Origin: Octopus vulgaris
Taxonomy: Eukaryota
Assembly: GCA_951406725.2 (NCBI GenBank)
Contig: OX597836.1
Span: 27,962,001 to 28,026,000 of the forward strand
Direction of reading: 5' to 3'
DNA length: 64,000 nucleotides
The position numbers and the translations under genes are program-made. The notes beneath the pieces are model-generated. The model was given only the letters and a program-made list of their open reading frames with translations. It was not told the origin of the DNA and did not search any database. Positions 1-15,581 of this stretch are shown piece by piece (position 1 is the first letter of the stretch; each line of letters begins with the position of its first letter).

Positions 1-308
1 GATTAGTTGTCAGATGGTAGGTTGGCTTGCTGGCTGGTAAGTTGGTAGGTTATTTGGATGGTTGGATGGTTGGTGTGTCTTTCTGCGTGTAATTATTGCT
101 GGATATTTTTTTATGGGTTGTTTTAGTTTTTGTTTTTCCTTTCTTTCCCACTGAATTAGTATCATTTGCCGTCACATACCACACAACCGTCAAAACGGCT
201 TCGTATTCTTATGATTATATTTAATTATACAACTGTCCGCCATTCCTTTTCTCTACCCCCCTTCTCCTGCCCTTCCCTCTCTTTATCTTTATATTTGTGT
301 GCAAGTAC

Positions 309-309
<1 letters not shown>

Positions 310-400
<91 letters not shown>
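310..400. repeat. (TA)n microsatellite
   Basis: Pure TA dinucleotide run; source of the YIYIYI ORFs. Confidence 0.97.
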
Positions 401-403
<3 letters not shown>

Positions 404-614
404 TACATATAAACTTAGATACTTAGATACTTATATATACACGCTCACACACACATATATGTATATATACATACATGTACATATATATGTCCTTCTTTCT
501 ATCACAAATACACATACTTATGTCAGCAAAAACAAGCAGCCGAGACCTAGTGGCTCGTCTGTTTCTGCCGGAAAATTTCAGTTGAAACGTAAAAATAGGA
601 AAATATTTTATCTA

Positions 615-750
615 CCGTATTTTCCGGTGTATAAGCCGCTATTTTTTTTTTTTTACCTGAGAAATTTAGTGTGCGGCGTGCCTAATGTGTGTAATTTTAA
701 TAAGTTTCAGGAGGAAAATAATTTGTGTATGGAGATCGACTGATTCCACT
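615..750 (+). mobile_element. Tc1/mariner (Tc2/pogo-like) DNA transposon left-end fragment
   Basis: TA at 613-614 followed by CCGTATTTTCCGGTGTATAAG, resembling Tc2-type TIRs. No matching right TIR found. Confidence 0.4.
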
Positions 751-1044
751 GACTTTTTTCAGAAGAAAGGTCGGTTGGTGAACAACGTGAAAGAACTGCT
801 ACAATATATTGGTGCCGGGTAGAAAACAAAGCATATTTGTCTTGTTTTACCTTCATGTTTTGATAATGTTATTTTTAATCTAATAAATACTTTAATATTG
901 ACGAAATGCGATTGTTGATGGTTATAGTAAGATAAAATTATAACAATACATCTCAACGAACACACAAAAGAGAAATGTTTGTGCCTGATTGTCTTGGGTC
1001 ACCTTCTGAAGTAAATTGCTTACATCACAATTGTTTGTGTACTA

Positions 1045-1469
1045 GAGGAACAAGGCGTGGAAATTTGCGTGGCGGGGAGCCAATCGATTACATCCACCGC
1101 AGTGCCCAACTGGTACTTATTTTTATCGACACCGAAAGGATAAAAGGAAAAGTTGACCGCGGCAGAATTTGAACTCACAACGCAAAGAACCGTAAGAAAC
1201 GACAGTAAAGCACATTCGTCCGGTATGCTAACGACTCTGCCAGATCGACACTTTAATATCCATTCTACGATAAGCACAAGGGCAAACAGATGGGGGGGTG
1301 GAGAAAGCCGATTATATCGACCCCAATGCTCAACACTTATTTCACCAATCTTGAAAGAATAAAAGGCAAAGTCGGCCACGGTAGAATTTGAACTCACCGC
1401 TCAAAGAGCTGTAATGCTAGTAAAGCGCTTGTGTCCGACGTGCCAACGATTCTGTCTGCTCGGCGCCTT
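1045..1469 (-). mobile_element. Two old SINE family B copies in tandem (about 1045-1235 and 1265-1469)
   Basis: Reverse complement matches GAGTTCAAATTC..GTCGACTTTGCCTTT..GATAAAATAAGTACCAG seen in the younger copies, e.g. 58253-58485. Confidence 0.85.
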
Positions 1470-1627
1470 TATATCACAGTTGTAATTGAAAAGCAGTGGA
1501 GTATCCGATGTTCTTCAACGAAGGAAAAATATTTTAATGACGTCTAGAAAATATTTTGCATTTTACAATTCTTAGTGTTTCCGTTAGAGTTTCCTGAGAT
1601 ATCAATTCACTTTTACTAAGTTCAGAC

Positions 1628-1738
<111 letters not shown>

Positions 1739-1884
1739 GTTCTTATCCACATTTGTCTGCCATCTGAAATGCCTTCCAGCTAGGTATGACATTGGAGTTT
1801 GTTCATACACACACACATACACTCACACACACACACGTATGGGCTTGCATATATATATATATCTATATGTATGTATGTGTATGA

Positions 1885-1943
<59 letters not shown>

Positions 1944-2089
1944 TGCATGTATGTATATATACCTTATATGTGTGCGTGCATACATACGATGCATCTTTAT
2001 ATACATATGCATCTGTGTGAGTGTATAAATTATACGTATATATGTATACACACACATATATATACATATATATACATATAGAGAGAGTG

Positions 2090-2122
<33 letters not shown>

Positions 2123-2180
2123 CACACACACAGACACTACAAAGTACAAACACACATGTATGCATACATATATATATATG

Positions 2181-2232
<52 letters not shown>

Positions 2233-3441
2233 TATGTATGTATGTATATCTATATGTGATTGTGTGATACAGATGTCTGTTCATCCGGTTTTTCAATTAA
2301 CAAAGAGATAAAAATTGACATTCAATTTTAAAAAATGGGGAAAAAAGGGAATGAGAAGGAAATGCGTCATGGCTGGCCCTAAAAGCAATGAGAAATGTAA
2401 CAAGAACGAGATAAAATATTAAAATAACAGCAACAAGGGTTTTATGAAAAACCTAGACGTAAACGGTGAAAAAAATCATTTATAAAACAGTCATTAAAAT
2501 GGGAATGTAGAAAGTTAAAAAAAGTTACTTTCTTCAAAATACTTTATTCCTTTTTTTTATATTGAGCGGGGAATTTCGAATAAAATACAGCTATAAGTAA
2601 TAACGTGTAAATATTTGATAAAAACTCTTTAGTAAGGAAAAGTCGAAGGCTGTCCATGGAATTCCAGCTCATATTTCGGCTAAATGTAACAACCGTTCTA
2701 CAATTGATCCAAAGTAATCTTTCAAAATTCTCTGATCATTTCTAATCCCATTTCTACCGTTTGTATTCGGGATCTTACTCTTTCGGTCACTACCCAACAT
2801 TCATTACCATAAGTAAGCATAGGCACCCAAACCGAATTGAAGATTGCGAGCTTGGTTTTTTGGAGGTTTTTCCCCCTTTTTTGCCAACCTTCTAATGATC
2901 GAATTCAGGAGCTGGTGTATTACTGTACCAGCACCTGCAATTTCACTATCCAATCCAGATTGCAGTCTTCCAAACAAAACTTTTAAAACCAAACTAGGAT
3001 TTATATATTCGCAGTTCACGGTTCGAAAAGTAACCGTTTTGCATATAACTTACGCTCCACGCACAACACTTTCAATACAATAGCATAACCTCACACATTC
3101 ACACTCTGCATAACTCTCGCCAGATATTCGTGATTACTGCCCTTCTCCCCGGCAGCTCATGCCTATACATTATATACTCAAACGTTACCAGACTTACGAC
3201 GACCTACACATTGTACACCGTCAACTCCAGATCTAACACAAACCATGAATGTTAAATACTACGAAATTAGCAGCTAAAAAAGTACAATTTACAGAACAAC
3301 AAATGTTCCTGTGTTCTTTTGTGTGCATGTGGATGTGTGTGCGCGCGTGCGATACGTATGTGTATATAAAGCCAGAAAAATATAGGTATGGATACATAGA
3401 TATAAATAGACACACACACATATATGTATATATAATCTATA

Positions 3442-3515
<74 letters not shown>

Positions 3516-3878
3516 TACATATATAAAACATATATGTATACATATGTACATATACATATATACATGTATAGAAATATATACGCATGCACCTGCCGCAGTC
3601 ACCACCACCACACCAATCACAAGCGCCACACCACCAAACTGCTCAAGTAGAAAAGTTGAATGTGATTGATAAACATATGTCGGCCCACTTAAAATACCAC
3701 TGAGACCACTTCTACATCGCCACCCCACCGCCACATCCGTACCATTGACCCCCACCCTCCAACCGGTCGTACATACCCGGGCCTTCTTATAATTCGCGAT
3801 ACAGCAACACATTTTCATCATACACAATGTCTGTATTCGTCGATCTTCCCAACCTCTCTGTCTCTCTTTCTCTTCCCG

Positions 3879-3932
<54 letters not shown>

Positions 3933-4075
3933 GAGTTTGTGTGGTTGTTTGTATATGTGCATGTATTGGGTTGTGTGAGTGTGTTTAATGCGTATATGAT
4001 TGTTTCTGCATATTTCTATGGAAAGATTGTATAGTAAAAACATATTATTTGACTGTATATTTATATATTTGTGTG

Positions 4076-4113
<38 letters not shown>

Positions 4114-4553
4114 TGTGTGTCTGCATTTCAGACAGAATGTTGCACAGGAGACCACAAAGGAACGTTCGGAAAACAGGTAAAATACACTTTGAATTTGAAG
4201 GTGGACGTGGTCGAAACTCTCATCAGCTGTCGACCAGATATCATCACGATTTCGATACCTTCTGGTAATATTGCTCAATTGAGTTTGTGTCACAAACATA
4301 AGCAGCTGCTGTCTAAATGAACAACCATTGCATATATTTCGCTGAGAGTAGTCAATGAAACTAGACAAAGAAATAAAATATCTCCGTGTTATTAGATTCT
4401 GCAATGACTCCTTCACCAAATTTTATAATCAAACAACGAAAGATATTTACGACTTGATAAAACAGATTCTTTTATTTCCTCTAAGTTTCCTGATTAGACG
4501 AACCGTTTCTTCTTGATCTGTAGACAGTATTTTATATTTGGTCTAGATTCAAT

Positions 4554-4965
4554 GGCGCAGGCGTGGCTATGGGGTAAGAAGCTTGCTTACCAACCACATG
4601 GTTCTGGGTTCAGTCCCACTACGTGGTACCTTGGACAAGTGTCTTCTAATGTAGCCTCGGACCGACCAAAACCTTGTGAATGGATTTGGTAGACGGAAAC
4701 TCAAAGAAGCCCGTCGTATATATCCGTCGTATGTGTGTGTGTGTGCGTGTGTGTTTGTTCCCCCCCCCCCGCCACTGTCGCTTGACAACAGATGTTGGTG
4801 TCTTTATGTCCCCGTAACTTGGCGATTTGGCAAAAGAGACTGATAGAATACGTACTAGGCTTACAAAGAATAAGTCCTGCGGACGGTTTGTTCGACTAAA
4901 GGCCGTACTCCAGCGTGGCCGCAGTCAAATGACTGAAACGTGTAAAAGACTAAAAGAAGAAAAGA
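4554..4965 (+). mobile_element. SINE family A, near full length (tRNA-derived head, CORE-like domain, internal microsatellite, AAAAGA-type tail)
   Basis: A-box-like GTGGCTATGGGGTAAG, B-box GGTTCAGTCCC, CCTTGGACAAGTG core-like motif. About ten homologous copies in the window. Confidence 0.9.
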
Positions 4966-5446
4966 ACTGGTACAGAATCTTCTCTTGTTTGTAGCAAGTG
5001 AGTTCTTTCCTTATCGTATTAAGCCTGATTTAAACCCTTTTACAATGATCCCTCATCACATCTGTGTCTTATCAGTTTCATCTACCCTTAAGAATTCAAA
5101 CGGGTGGATCCGTCCAACATCTCGAATTTCAACGTCTGTGTGTAATTTAACATTCTTAGTTTTAATTAATCTGCTTCTTCTTTGAGTAGCTTTGGTGCAT
5201 TCTTCAAATCTCCGAACTCCTTGATAGATTCAGAACTGAATCCTTGTATGATAATTGCAGGGTTTCCAGCAGGGCGTTGACCCTTGTTTTAAATGGGTTA
5301 TCATCTGTTCTACAGAATGTATAACCTGTTGCAACTTCGTTCAATAATTTCGTTAATGGCGTTAAAGACAAGAAAAGGGTTGTATGGTGAGTACCCCGGA
5401 AAAATATGGGAACAGGACTCTTTCTACCGTTTTATCTTTGTCATGT

Positions 5447-5740
5447 AGTGGCTTAGTGGTTAGAGTATCGGGCTCAGGATATCCAGGTCGTGAGTTCGAT
5501 TCCCGGCGGCGCGTTGTGTTCTTCAGCAAGACACTTTATTTCATGTTGCTCCAGTCCACTCAGCTGGCAAAAAAAAGTAGTACCCGTTATTCAAAGGTCC
5601 AGCTTTATCATATTCCGTGTCATGCTGATTCTACCTGAAAACTACGTTAAGGGTACACATGTCTACGGAGTGCTCTGTCTCTTCCACGTTAATTTCACGA
5701 GCAAGCTAGAACACTCGTCGTCGTAACCGACGGAGTGTCA
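5447..5740 (+). mobile_element. SINE family C (tRNA-derived head plus CORE-like domain)
   Basis: A box TGGCTTAGTGG, B box GAGTTCGATTCC, TGTGTTCTTCAGCAAGACACTT. Homologous to 27025-27325. Confidence 0.85.
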
Positions 5741-5744
5741 AGTC

Positions 5745-6150
5745 GGGTAGTGGTATAATTGTTCGCCATTTAGATATGGTATACTTGGTATTTCTTCCGG
5801 ATCTCTGCGTTCTGAGTTCAAATCACGCTGAGGCCTACTTCGGCTTTCAGTCCTCTGCGTTTGATACAATAGGATATCAGACAAGTTTCTTCGTCCCCTC
5901 AAAACTGCTGGCCTTGTGCTTAAATTAGCAACCAAAGAGGAGAGCTGTCATACTCGTTACGGCACCGGACAAAATGGATAGCGATATTTCTTCCGGTTCT
6001 TTACATTTCGAGTTCCAATCTCGCCGTATCAACTTTGCCTTTAATTCTTTCAGCATCCATAAAAGGAAATACCCCAGTCAATACCTGGTATCAGTATAAT
6101 GGACTAGGCTCCTCCCTTAAAATTGCGGCCATTGAACCAGAATAGAAAGA
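5745..6150 (+). mobile_element. Two degenerate old SINE family B copies
   Basis: GTTCTGAGTTCAAATCAC..CTTTCAGTCCT and GAGTTCCAATCTCGCC..AACTTTGCCTTTAATTC. Confidence 0.7.
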
Positions 6151-6460
6151 ACTATTGTAGTCATTATTATGTTATCATCATCTTCATCATCATCATCATC
6201 ACCATTAACATCATCGTCGTCGTCTTCGTCATCATAATCTTCATCGTCGTCATCACCATCAGTATCAGCATCGCCACCACCATCATTGCCATCGTCATCG
6301 TCGTCGTCTCTTCCTTTTCCTTCTCTATCCTCCTCCTCACACACTAACTAGCCCTACCTAACAACTCACACTCTGCTCGTTTATCCCGCCATCGAAGCTG
6401 TGACGCGTGCCCTGTTGATCAGATTACACCGACGGTAACTTGATCTCTCTTCTTTGTCTC

Positions 6461-6520
<60 letters not shown>

Positions 6521-6846
6521 CAAATGAGAAGGGCTGGTTTAGAGGGTTACCTTGGGATCTCCGTCCATAAAGGGTTTAGCTTTATGCCATTTCGTCAGAT
6601 ATACACACACACACACATATATATATATATATGTATGTATATACATATATGTCTATGTTTATATATTTACATCAACACACACACACACATAAACACACGC
6701 ACATACATATATATGCATCTATCTATCTTTATATACAGTTATATATATATTATTTTAGAATAAACGAGTATGCGTAATTAATAAAGCAAGCTCTATCATA
6801 TATATACACATACATAAATACACCCAGACACATCCAGACACACACA

Positions 6847-6943
<97 letters not shown>

Positions 6944-7129
6944 ACATGCTCGTGTGTATCCCTGCTTTAGTGTGTGTTGCTGTTGCATGTATGCACAGCA
7001 GGGTGTATTTATAGATATGCATGGTTATGTATGCGAGTGGTGACGTATATACACACGTATGCATGCAAACATGCATGTGTATGTGTGTGAAGATGTGCGC
7101 GTGTGAACTCAATTGAACATAGATTTCAC

Positions 7130-7679
<550 letters not shown>

Positions 7680-8275
7680 TTTTATACGTATATGTATATG
7701 CATGTCAGCCCCTTTTTCTAGAGGCTTGTATTTCAAACAAAACAATGTTTTCTCTTTCCTCTCTTGTGCATAGACACCCGCATATATAAGCACATTTCAC
7801 GCACTCATACACAGAAATGCGTACACATATACCCATGTACATACGCCCCACACACACACATATATACCCACGCACGCACACATACACACACACACACTTG
7901 GGCATTTGGTCACACGCGTAGTTGTAGTTGTAGTAATATTAGAAACCCATTGGATGTGATATTTACTCAAGTCGAGATGTTTCTTATTACATAACCGTCC
8001 ATGTTCTATAACCCCGGGGACTAATATAATTATTAATCCAATGAAACGGGAAATAATTCTTATTATTTTTAAGAGGGGGGGGGAATGAAGGCCAGCACCA
8101 GTTCTGATATGCTCGTTTGCACACTCTGTTGTGGTAATGCTGCATAGGAATCCATTCTATGTCAAAAACAAACCCGATTGATTTATTTAAGAATAAACGA
8201 GCATGCGTAATTAATAAAGCAGGCTCTATCCACACACACACACATATATACACACACACACACACATATATATGT

Positions 8276-8365
8276 GTCCTCTGCTATAGCCCCGGGCCGA
8301 CCAATGCATTGTGAGTGGATTTGGTAGACGGAAACTGAAAGAAGCCTGTCGTATATATGTATATT

Positions 8366-8410
<45 letters not shown>

Positions 8411-8494
8411 ATGTGTTTGTGTGTCTGTGTTTGTCCCCCTTGCATTGCTTGACAACCGATGCTGGTGTGTTTACGTCCCCGTCACTTAGCGGTT
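8276..8494 (+). mobile_element. SINE family A, internal fragment
   Basis: CTATAGCCCCGGGCCGACC..GTAGACGGAAACTGAAAGAAG..GCTTGACAACCGATGCTGG. Broken at about 8494. Confidence 0.85.
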
Positions 8495-8796
8495 CCCCCT
8501 CTCACTTTCTTTACCATACTGTCTTTGAAAACTCTCCTGACTTTAAAAAACATTATTCTTCCACCTTTCTACTTCCGGTCTTTCAATATGTGACCTCGTG
8601 AGTACCACTGGCGATTTTTTTCCTCTGTCTTCCCTTCTCGGGATCTTTCCTTCTCCTATGTTTCCGACGAAGAGCTCCGCTCGAAACATTAAACCCTCCT
8701 TCTTCCCTTCTTTCCTGAGCGTCCAATAATACTTTATTTGTTCCACGTCCTCGCGTTGTTGTGTTTTTTTTTTGTGTGTTTCTTGTTTGGATTAAC
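8495..8796 (+). mobile_element. Penelope-like terminal-repeat fragment carrying a hammerhead-like motif
   Basis: Shares GA.GAAGAG..CTCGAAAC...CTGAGCG..AATAC with 31040-31215, 44825-44970(-) and 61005-61213. Ends at (TA)n. Confidence 0.65.
8660..8694 (+). ncRNA. Minimal type-I hammerhead ribozyme-like motif (variant core)
   Basis: Stem I GTTT/AAAC; core CCGACGA (U4 replaced by C) plus extra A; stem II GAGC/GCTC; GAAAC; triplet ATT. Confidence 0.5.
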
Positions 8797-8817
8797 TATA
8801 TATATATACATATACAT

Positions 8818-8984
8818 ATACGACGGGCTTCTTTCAGTTTCGGTCTACCAAATCCACTCACAATATTTTGCTCGGCCCGATGCTATAGTAGAAGATACTT
8901 GCCCAAGGTGCCACGCAGTAGGACTGAACCCGGAACAATGTGGTTGATAAGCAAGCTACTTACCACGCAGCCACTCCTACGCCT
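8818..8984 (-). mobile_element. SINE family A, 5' half
   Basis: Reverse complement begins AGGCGTAGGAGTGGCTGCGTGGTAAGTAGCTTGC. Confidence 0.88.
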
Positions 8985-9668
8985 ACATTTAACAATCTTT
9001 GTTTTTAATGGTCTACTTCATGGTATGTTTGTTTCGAACCCTCTTATATAATGATGTATTACTTTTCAATAGGCCAAATGGTGAAATTGTTTTTAATGAC
9101 TGATGATCTATTTGACTTTCTATGTTTTAATGGCCTATTTAATTGTGTGTTAATGGTAATTTTAATGGCATATTTGTGCAAAGCTAAATTATGACGTACA
9201 ATTTTTCTCTCTACCGGGAAAACAAAATGCATTTGTACTACTGTGACCCTGAATTCTTGAGTGAGTGTTTGTTAACTTGAAAATATTCAAGAAATTGTGA
9301 CATATACTATATTTGCTACTCAACAAAACTTCTATAATGGCGTTTACGAGTTTATTTTATGTAACGGCTTGTTAAATTTCAATATGTATTTATGAAGCAT
9401 AACAACCATATTCTGACTTCACACAAAGCATTTATTCAGCTTGGTATTTTATTCCCTTTTTTTTTATTTCGCACAAACTTTAATTTCGGTTTTATTCTGT
9501 GAGAGAATTATATAGGCTTGTGAACATCTGCAAGGCTTACAAATGGTTCATTGTTCTCTAAAAAGTCATTGCTCGTCTGCATCGCTTTTAATCAAAACAT
9601 CATCCTACAATACGTGGGCAATACAGGGTAGTCTGTAGCGAATAACTTCTAAAGGATAGCCTCTGTAG

Positions 9669-9747
9669 CAGAGATCCGCAAACATTCTTTTGCCACGGAC
9701 TGGCTTCATACAAGAGAATTTTTCCACGGTCCGGCGACCCCGCGCTC
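9669..9747 (+). mobile_element. hAT-Charlie (MER1-like) MITE left-end fragment
   Basis: CAGAGATCCGCAAAC..GGACTGGCTTCATACAAGAGAATTTTTCCACGGTCCGG resembles the recalled Charlie/MER1 subterminal sequence. Confidence 0.45.
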
Positions 9748-9784
9748 AAGAAAATACAATTAAGTGCATAATATATAATTTAAT

Positions 9785-9924
9785 TTAGGAGTAGATAGAC
9801 AGCCGACAACTGATGAAGGGTCCTTTCTCTGTATTTACTTCTTGTCCTGTTTTCCATTTTTTTCTCGTTGCTTACGCATTTCATGTTATTTGCACCGTTG
9901 GCGACGCCCTCTACCCACATATGC

Positions 9925-9925
<1 letters not shown>
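9785..9925 (+). mobile_element. Short repeat ending at (TA)n, probably a Penelope-like end; homologous to 26010-26218(-)
   Basis: Both copies contain GGAGTAGATA.ACAGCCGACAACTGATGAAG followed by a pyrimidine-rich tract and (TA)n. Confidence 0.55.
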
Positions 9926-9967
<42 letters not shown>

Positions 9968-10226
9968 CATATTATATTATATTATATTATATTATTTATT
10001 ATTTATTATATATTTAATCGAAATTGAGGGAATGGAGCAGGTACAAACCATACTACAGCCTGCATATATATATATATACACATATACATACATACATACA
10101 TACATACGTACATGCATACATACATACATACATACGTACATACATACATACATACATGCATATATATATATATGTGTGTGTGTGTGTGTCTATAAATATG
10201 CATACATACACACATATACACACAAG

Positions 10227-10275
<49 letters not shown>

Positions 10276-10296
10276 GTGTGTATGTGTGTGTGTAAA

Positions 10297-10433
10297 ATGG
10301 GCTTCTTTCAGTTTCCGTCTACCAAGTCCACTCACACAATGTTTTGGTTGGGCCGAAGATATAGCAGAAAACACTTTCCCAAGATGCCGCTCGGTAAGAC
10401 CGAACCAGACACCATGTGGTTGAGAACCAAACT
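10297..10433 (-). mobile_element. SINE family A fragment
   Basis: GGGCTTCTTTCAGTTTCCGTCTACCAA..ACCATGTGGTTG. Confidence 0.8.
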
Positions 10434-11224
10434 TAGGGGCATTCTCTTATCTTCCAATGTGATTCCGTTCTCTAAGCTGGGCCAAAAAAGAATGTAAAAA
10501 TAAAACAATATTACATAAAATTAAAATAAATAAAATAACCCAACTCTTCAGGAGCCTCGTATGCAATCCAAGCGAACCTTTATCTCACGTTTTGTTTCAT
10601 ATTACAGAAACCAGATGTTGCCACTAGTTATTCGAATTTTTTTTTCTTTTTGTGTGGCGGGGAGGGGGATGTTGGGGGGGGGGGAGGGTTTATTTGTTTG
10701 TTTTTTTTGCTTTTTCGCTTGTTTTCTTTTTATTTTTTAAAAAGACAGGCTTTTAAGAAAAAACCTGTGTTTTTAAAACTAAAAGAAAACAAAATTTAAT
10801 CCAATGATTGACTCGCACATACATACATACATACATACATACATACATACATACACATACGCACATACACATGAATACACGCACGCATACATCCACATAC
10901 ACACACACACACAACCCCAGACAACAGACGCCCACCCTTGCACTTTACCAAATACAGTTGCATGCGAAAACTCACACGCTTCTTTTTTTTCTTCTTCTAC
11001 TATTTCTTCATCTTCTTTTTCTTGTTCTTCATATTCTTCTTCTTGTTCTTCTTTTCCTGCGAGCCAAGATAAGTATAGACCATATGATCACACATGTACT
11101 TTGCCTGTGACAACGAAATGCCTCGGCTCGTTGTGGCGGTTTCAAATGTTCGCAGTGTTGACCTCCCTGCTACAAATGTAGAACGGCAAACAGCTTTGAA
11201 GGGTTACAGGTACTTTTGTAACTG

Positions 11225-11277
<53 letters not shown>

Positions 11278-11469
11278 GTGTATACGTCTATATATATATA
11301 TATATATATATACATATGACTTTCGGCACATACTCTCACGACACAATACACACAGTCATTTATACGTTCTGTAAAAGTAGTTACATGCGTGTGTGCGTGT
11401 GTATATTTTTACACGCACACACACACACATATATATATATATTTATATATGTATATATATATATATATA

Positions 11470-11536
<67 letters not shown>

Positions 11537-11663
11537 GTATATATATATATATATGTATATATATACATATATATATAATGTATATATATACATATACACA
11601 ATATATTATGTATATAATGTGTATATATATGTATGTACGCACATGTAATTAATATTATATATA

Positions 11664-11703
<40 letters not shown>

Positions 11704-11779
11704 TATATTATATATGCTATATACATATATATATATATACCTATATGTATGTATGTGTGTATATATATATATATATATA

Positions 11780-11813
<34 letters not shown>

Positions 11814-12105
11814 TGTGTGTATATATATAATTACCACTGCTAAAGCCACCCTCCTCTACATCACTACATTTGATAAAGCCATTAAAATTGACTGGCATTC
11901 TTCATCCTTCTCCTCCTCTTCCCCTTCCTGTCTCCTCCTTCTTTTCAGCTTCATTATCATCATCATGATAATCATCATCATTGTCATCATCATCATCGTC
12001 ATCATCATCATCGTCATGGTCTCCGACGACAATGACAATAACAATTACGACACTTTGAAGTAAAATTAGAAAAGTCAATGATAAAATCTCCAGGCTCCCT
12101 CTCTG

Positions 12106-12160
<55 letters not shown>

Positions 12161-12349
12161 TAGAAATATCAGCTAATCTCCCTCGTTTCACATTTTTAAA
12201 AATAACTGAACACATTGGATAGGGTTGTTTCTAATACATGATCTGGAAAAACGTTGGGATTGTCACGACTGGAACGACTTTGGGCATTGATCAGTTTGGT
12301 AGGGGCAGTCCTAAAGCTGGATGAAATCAATATCAAAAGCTGCGAAAGT

Positions 12350-12412
<63 letters not shown>

Positions 12413-12595
12413 AAGAAAGAAAGAGGGAAAGAGAGAAAGAAAGAAAAAGGGAAAGAGAGAAAGAAAGAAAGAGGGGAAGAGAGAAAGAAAGAAAGGAGAA
12501 AATGAGAGAAAGATAAAAGAGAGATATAACGAAATATGTAAATATATATACAGAGAGAGAGATAAATAGATAGATGGATGGATAGATAGATGGAT

Positions 12596-12677
<82 letters not shown>
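12350..12677. repeat. (GAAA)n, GA-rich and (GATA)n microsatellites
   Basis: Direct reading. Confidence 0.95.
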
Positions 12678-13013
12678 AAGCAAAAGGAAGAGACAAGCGA
12701 ATGAGAAGAACGTGTAATGGTCGTGGGGAGAGGTTGATAACCATAAAAAGTTCCTAACCCTTGAGAATGAAGAAGTTTCGCGTCAAAGACTTGAGAAGAA
12801 TTTCTTGTCTGCCACCAGCTAAAAAATTCTAACAAAACAAATACCATAAGAGTTAGGCATCAGAGGAGGGCATGGATGGATGTGGAGATGGTGGGGGAAG
12901 AGGGGTTCGGTTGTGGTTTTGAACAAAGGGGTTGTTGAATTTAGGAAGCCACCCCCTCCACCTCACATTCTCCTTAAATCAGCACCACCATCGTCATTCT
13001 TACTACTACAACA

Positions 13014-13057
<44 letters not shown>

Positions 13058-13094
13058 AACTGCTGCTGATACTACTACTACTACTACTTATATT

Positions 13095-13424
<330 letters not shown>

Positions 13425-13485
13425 TATATATTTATCATTCATTTTATACTTTTTGAAAAAAAATTATATGAAAATTATATGTATA

Positions 13486-13518
<33 letters not shown>

Positions 13519-13590
13519 TATATATTATATTAATTATATATAGTATTTGTTATTTATGTATTGGTTTATATACATACATATATACATATG

Positions 13591-13666
<76 letters not shown>

Positions 13667-13680
13667 ATAAATACACAGAT

Positions 13681-13801
<121 letters not shown>

Positions 13802-14086
13802 GAACGCTAGACAATACTGTCCTTCATATCAGCAAACTTAACGCCAAACAAGCGATTGCAATAAAATTACAAAATCTGGTCTTGTCAAACACAATCCATC
13901 TTATATCACACAATATTCTTGCCAATAAAATCTACATTTTACATTAATGTTATAACTAACCACATTCGTTCTCTTATAGATTTTGCTAAAAGAGCAGATA
14001 AAAATATCTATTCAAACATATTCACAATTTCACGATCAAGGATGTCCTGCCTTTACAAACGAAACGGACATTACATCCTCTGCACG

Positions 14087-14872
14087 TCGGAAAATATGAC
14101 CATCATACACAAAGGCGCCACCCTAAACTCAAGATCAGAGTTGATATTTCTTTGTATGAACAGGCTAATATAACCTTTTAAAAACCGTAAAAACGTAACC
14201 TCTAAAATTTCTCAGGCCCTTTCCCCAAACCCCTCAAAATCCAAAGATCCCCAAATCTTTGACATGTGTTGTCAGTCTCATCTTAATTTTTTCATTTGAC
14301 GACACACCTTAACATTTATCATTTCTTACTCCATAAGACTCCGTTAAAACATGGCAGCATTAATTCCCTTCTATGTATATTCACACATGTCTGGAACCCA
14401 CCACCCACTGTTCTTAACATTCGCACATTCAGCAGCTTCATCTTACCCTTAAAAGACCCACCTTGGCGTCAGTGTCACCTCGGAAAATATAACCATCTTA
14501 CACAAAGGTGTCACCCTAAACTCAAGGTCAGAGTTGATATTTCTTTATATGAACAGGCTAATATAACTGTTTAAAAACCGTAAAAACGTAACCTCTAAAA
14601 TTTCTCAGGCCCTTTCCCCAAACCCCTCAAAATCCAAAGATCCCCAAATCTTTGACATGTGTTTTCAGTCTCATTTTAATTTTTTCATTTGACGACACAC
14701 CTTAACATTTATCATTTCTTACTCCATAAGACTCCGTTAAAACATGGCAGCATTAATTCCCTTCTATGTATATTCACACACGTCTGGAACCCACCACCTA
14801 CTGTTCTTAACATTCGCACATTCAGCAGCTTCATCTAACCCTTAAAAGACCCACCCTGGCGTCAGTGTCACC
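14087..14872. repeat. Tandem duplication, 2 x 393 bp (14087-14479 and 14480-14872)
   Basis: Both units begin TCGGAAAATAT.ACCATC.TACACAAAGG and end GGCGTCAGTGTCACC, with few substitutions. Confidence 0.95.
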
Positions 14873-15249
14873 ATTACCCTGTCAACGTCGTCATTCAGAA
14901 CAGTTTTTTCGTTACCATTCCTACTTTTAAAACTTATGTCTATTCTTCTAATTATTGTGTCATCATTTTCTATTACATTCTCACCCTACATTATTGACTT
15001 CAATCCCCACCCTTTACTTCCTTCTGTTTTTTACATTTCAACTTCTTTGCAGAAGAGTACTTTATATCCTTTTTGCGAGTTTCAACATTTCTTGAAATTT
15101 TGCTTTATGAAATTCTGAACGAATAAATTTTTCTCGAAGGCTTTTTTTTAATATTTTTTCTTTCGGTACTATCGTTGAAACTGTCCAAAGATCTTTTCAG
15201 TGTCATCTTAATTTTTCTGAAAATTTCTTCTGTTAACCCTTGATATAAT

Positions 15250-15275
15250 TACCATTATTATTATTATTATTATTA

Positions 15276-15351
<76 letters not shown>

Positions 15352-15474
15352 AATTTGCCTTTCATCCTTTTGGTAGTTGATAAAATATGTACCAGTCATC
15401 GACTGTCCCCTGCCCCACAAAATCCAGGCCGTGTGCTTATTGTAGAAATGATTATTATCATTATTATTATTATT

Positions 15475-15533
<59 letters not shown>

Positions 15534-15580
15534 TATTATTACTGTTGTTGTTGTTGTTGTTGTTGTTACTGTTGTTGTTC
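15250..15580. repeat. (ATT)n/(ATC)n/(GTT)n trinucleotide tract with an embedded SINE-B fragment at about 15352-15445
   Basis: Direct reading. Confidence 0.9.
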
Positions 15581-15581
15581 A

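Noticed and set aside
2804-3083. Short non-repetitive ORFs on both strands
   Set aside because: No recognisable motif; length is within chance expectation.
4270-4370. Penelope-like C-terminus (LCHKHKQLLSK*) followed by CTGAGAG..GAAACTAG as a hammerhead
   Set aside because: The core lacks a base, the cleavage triplet is lost and the stems are weak; too decayed to call.
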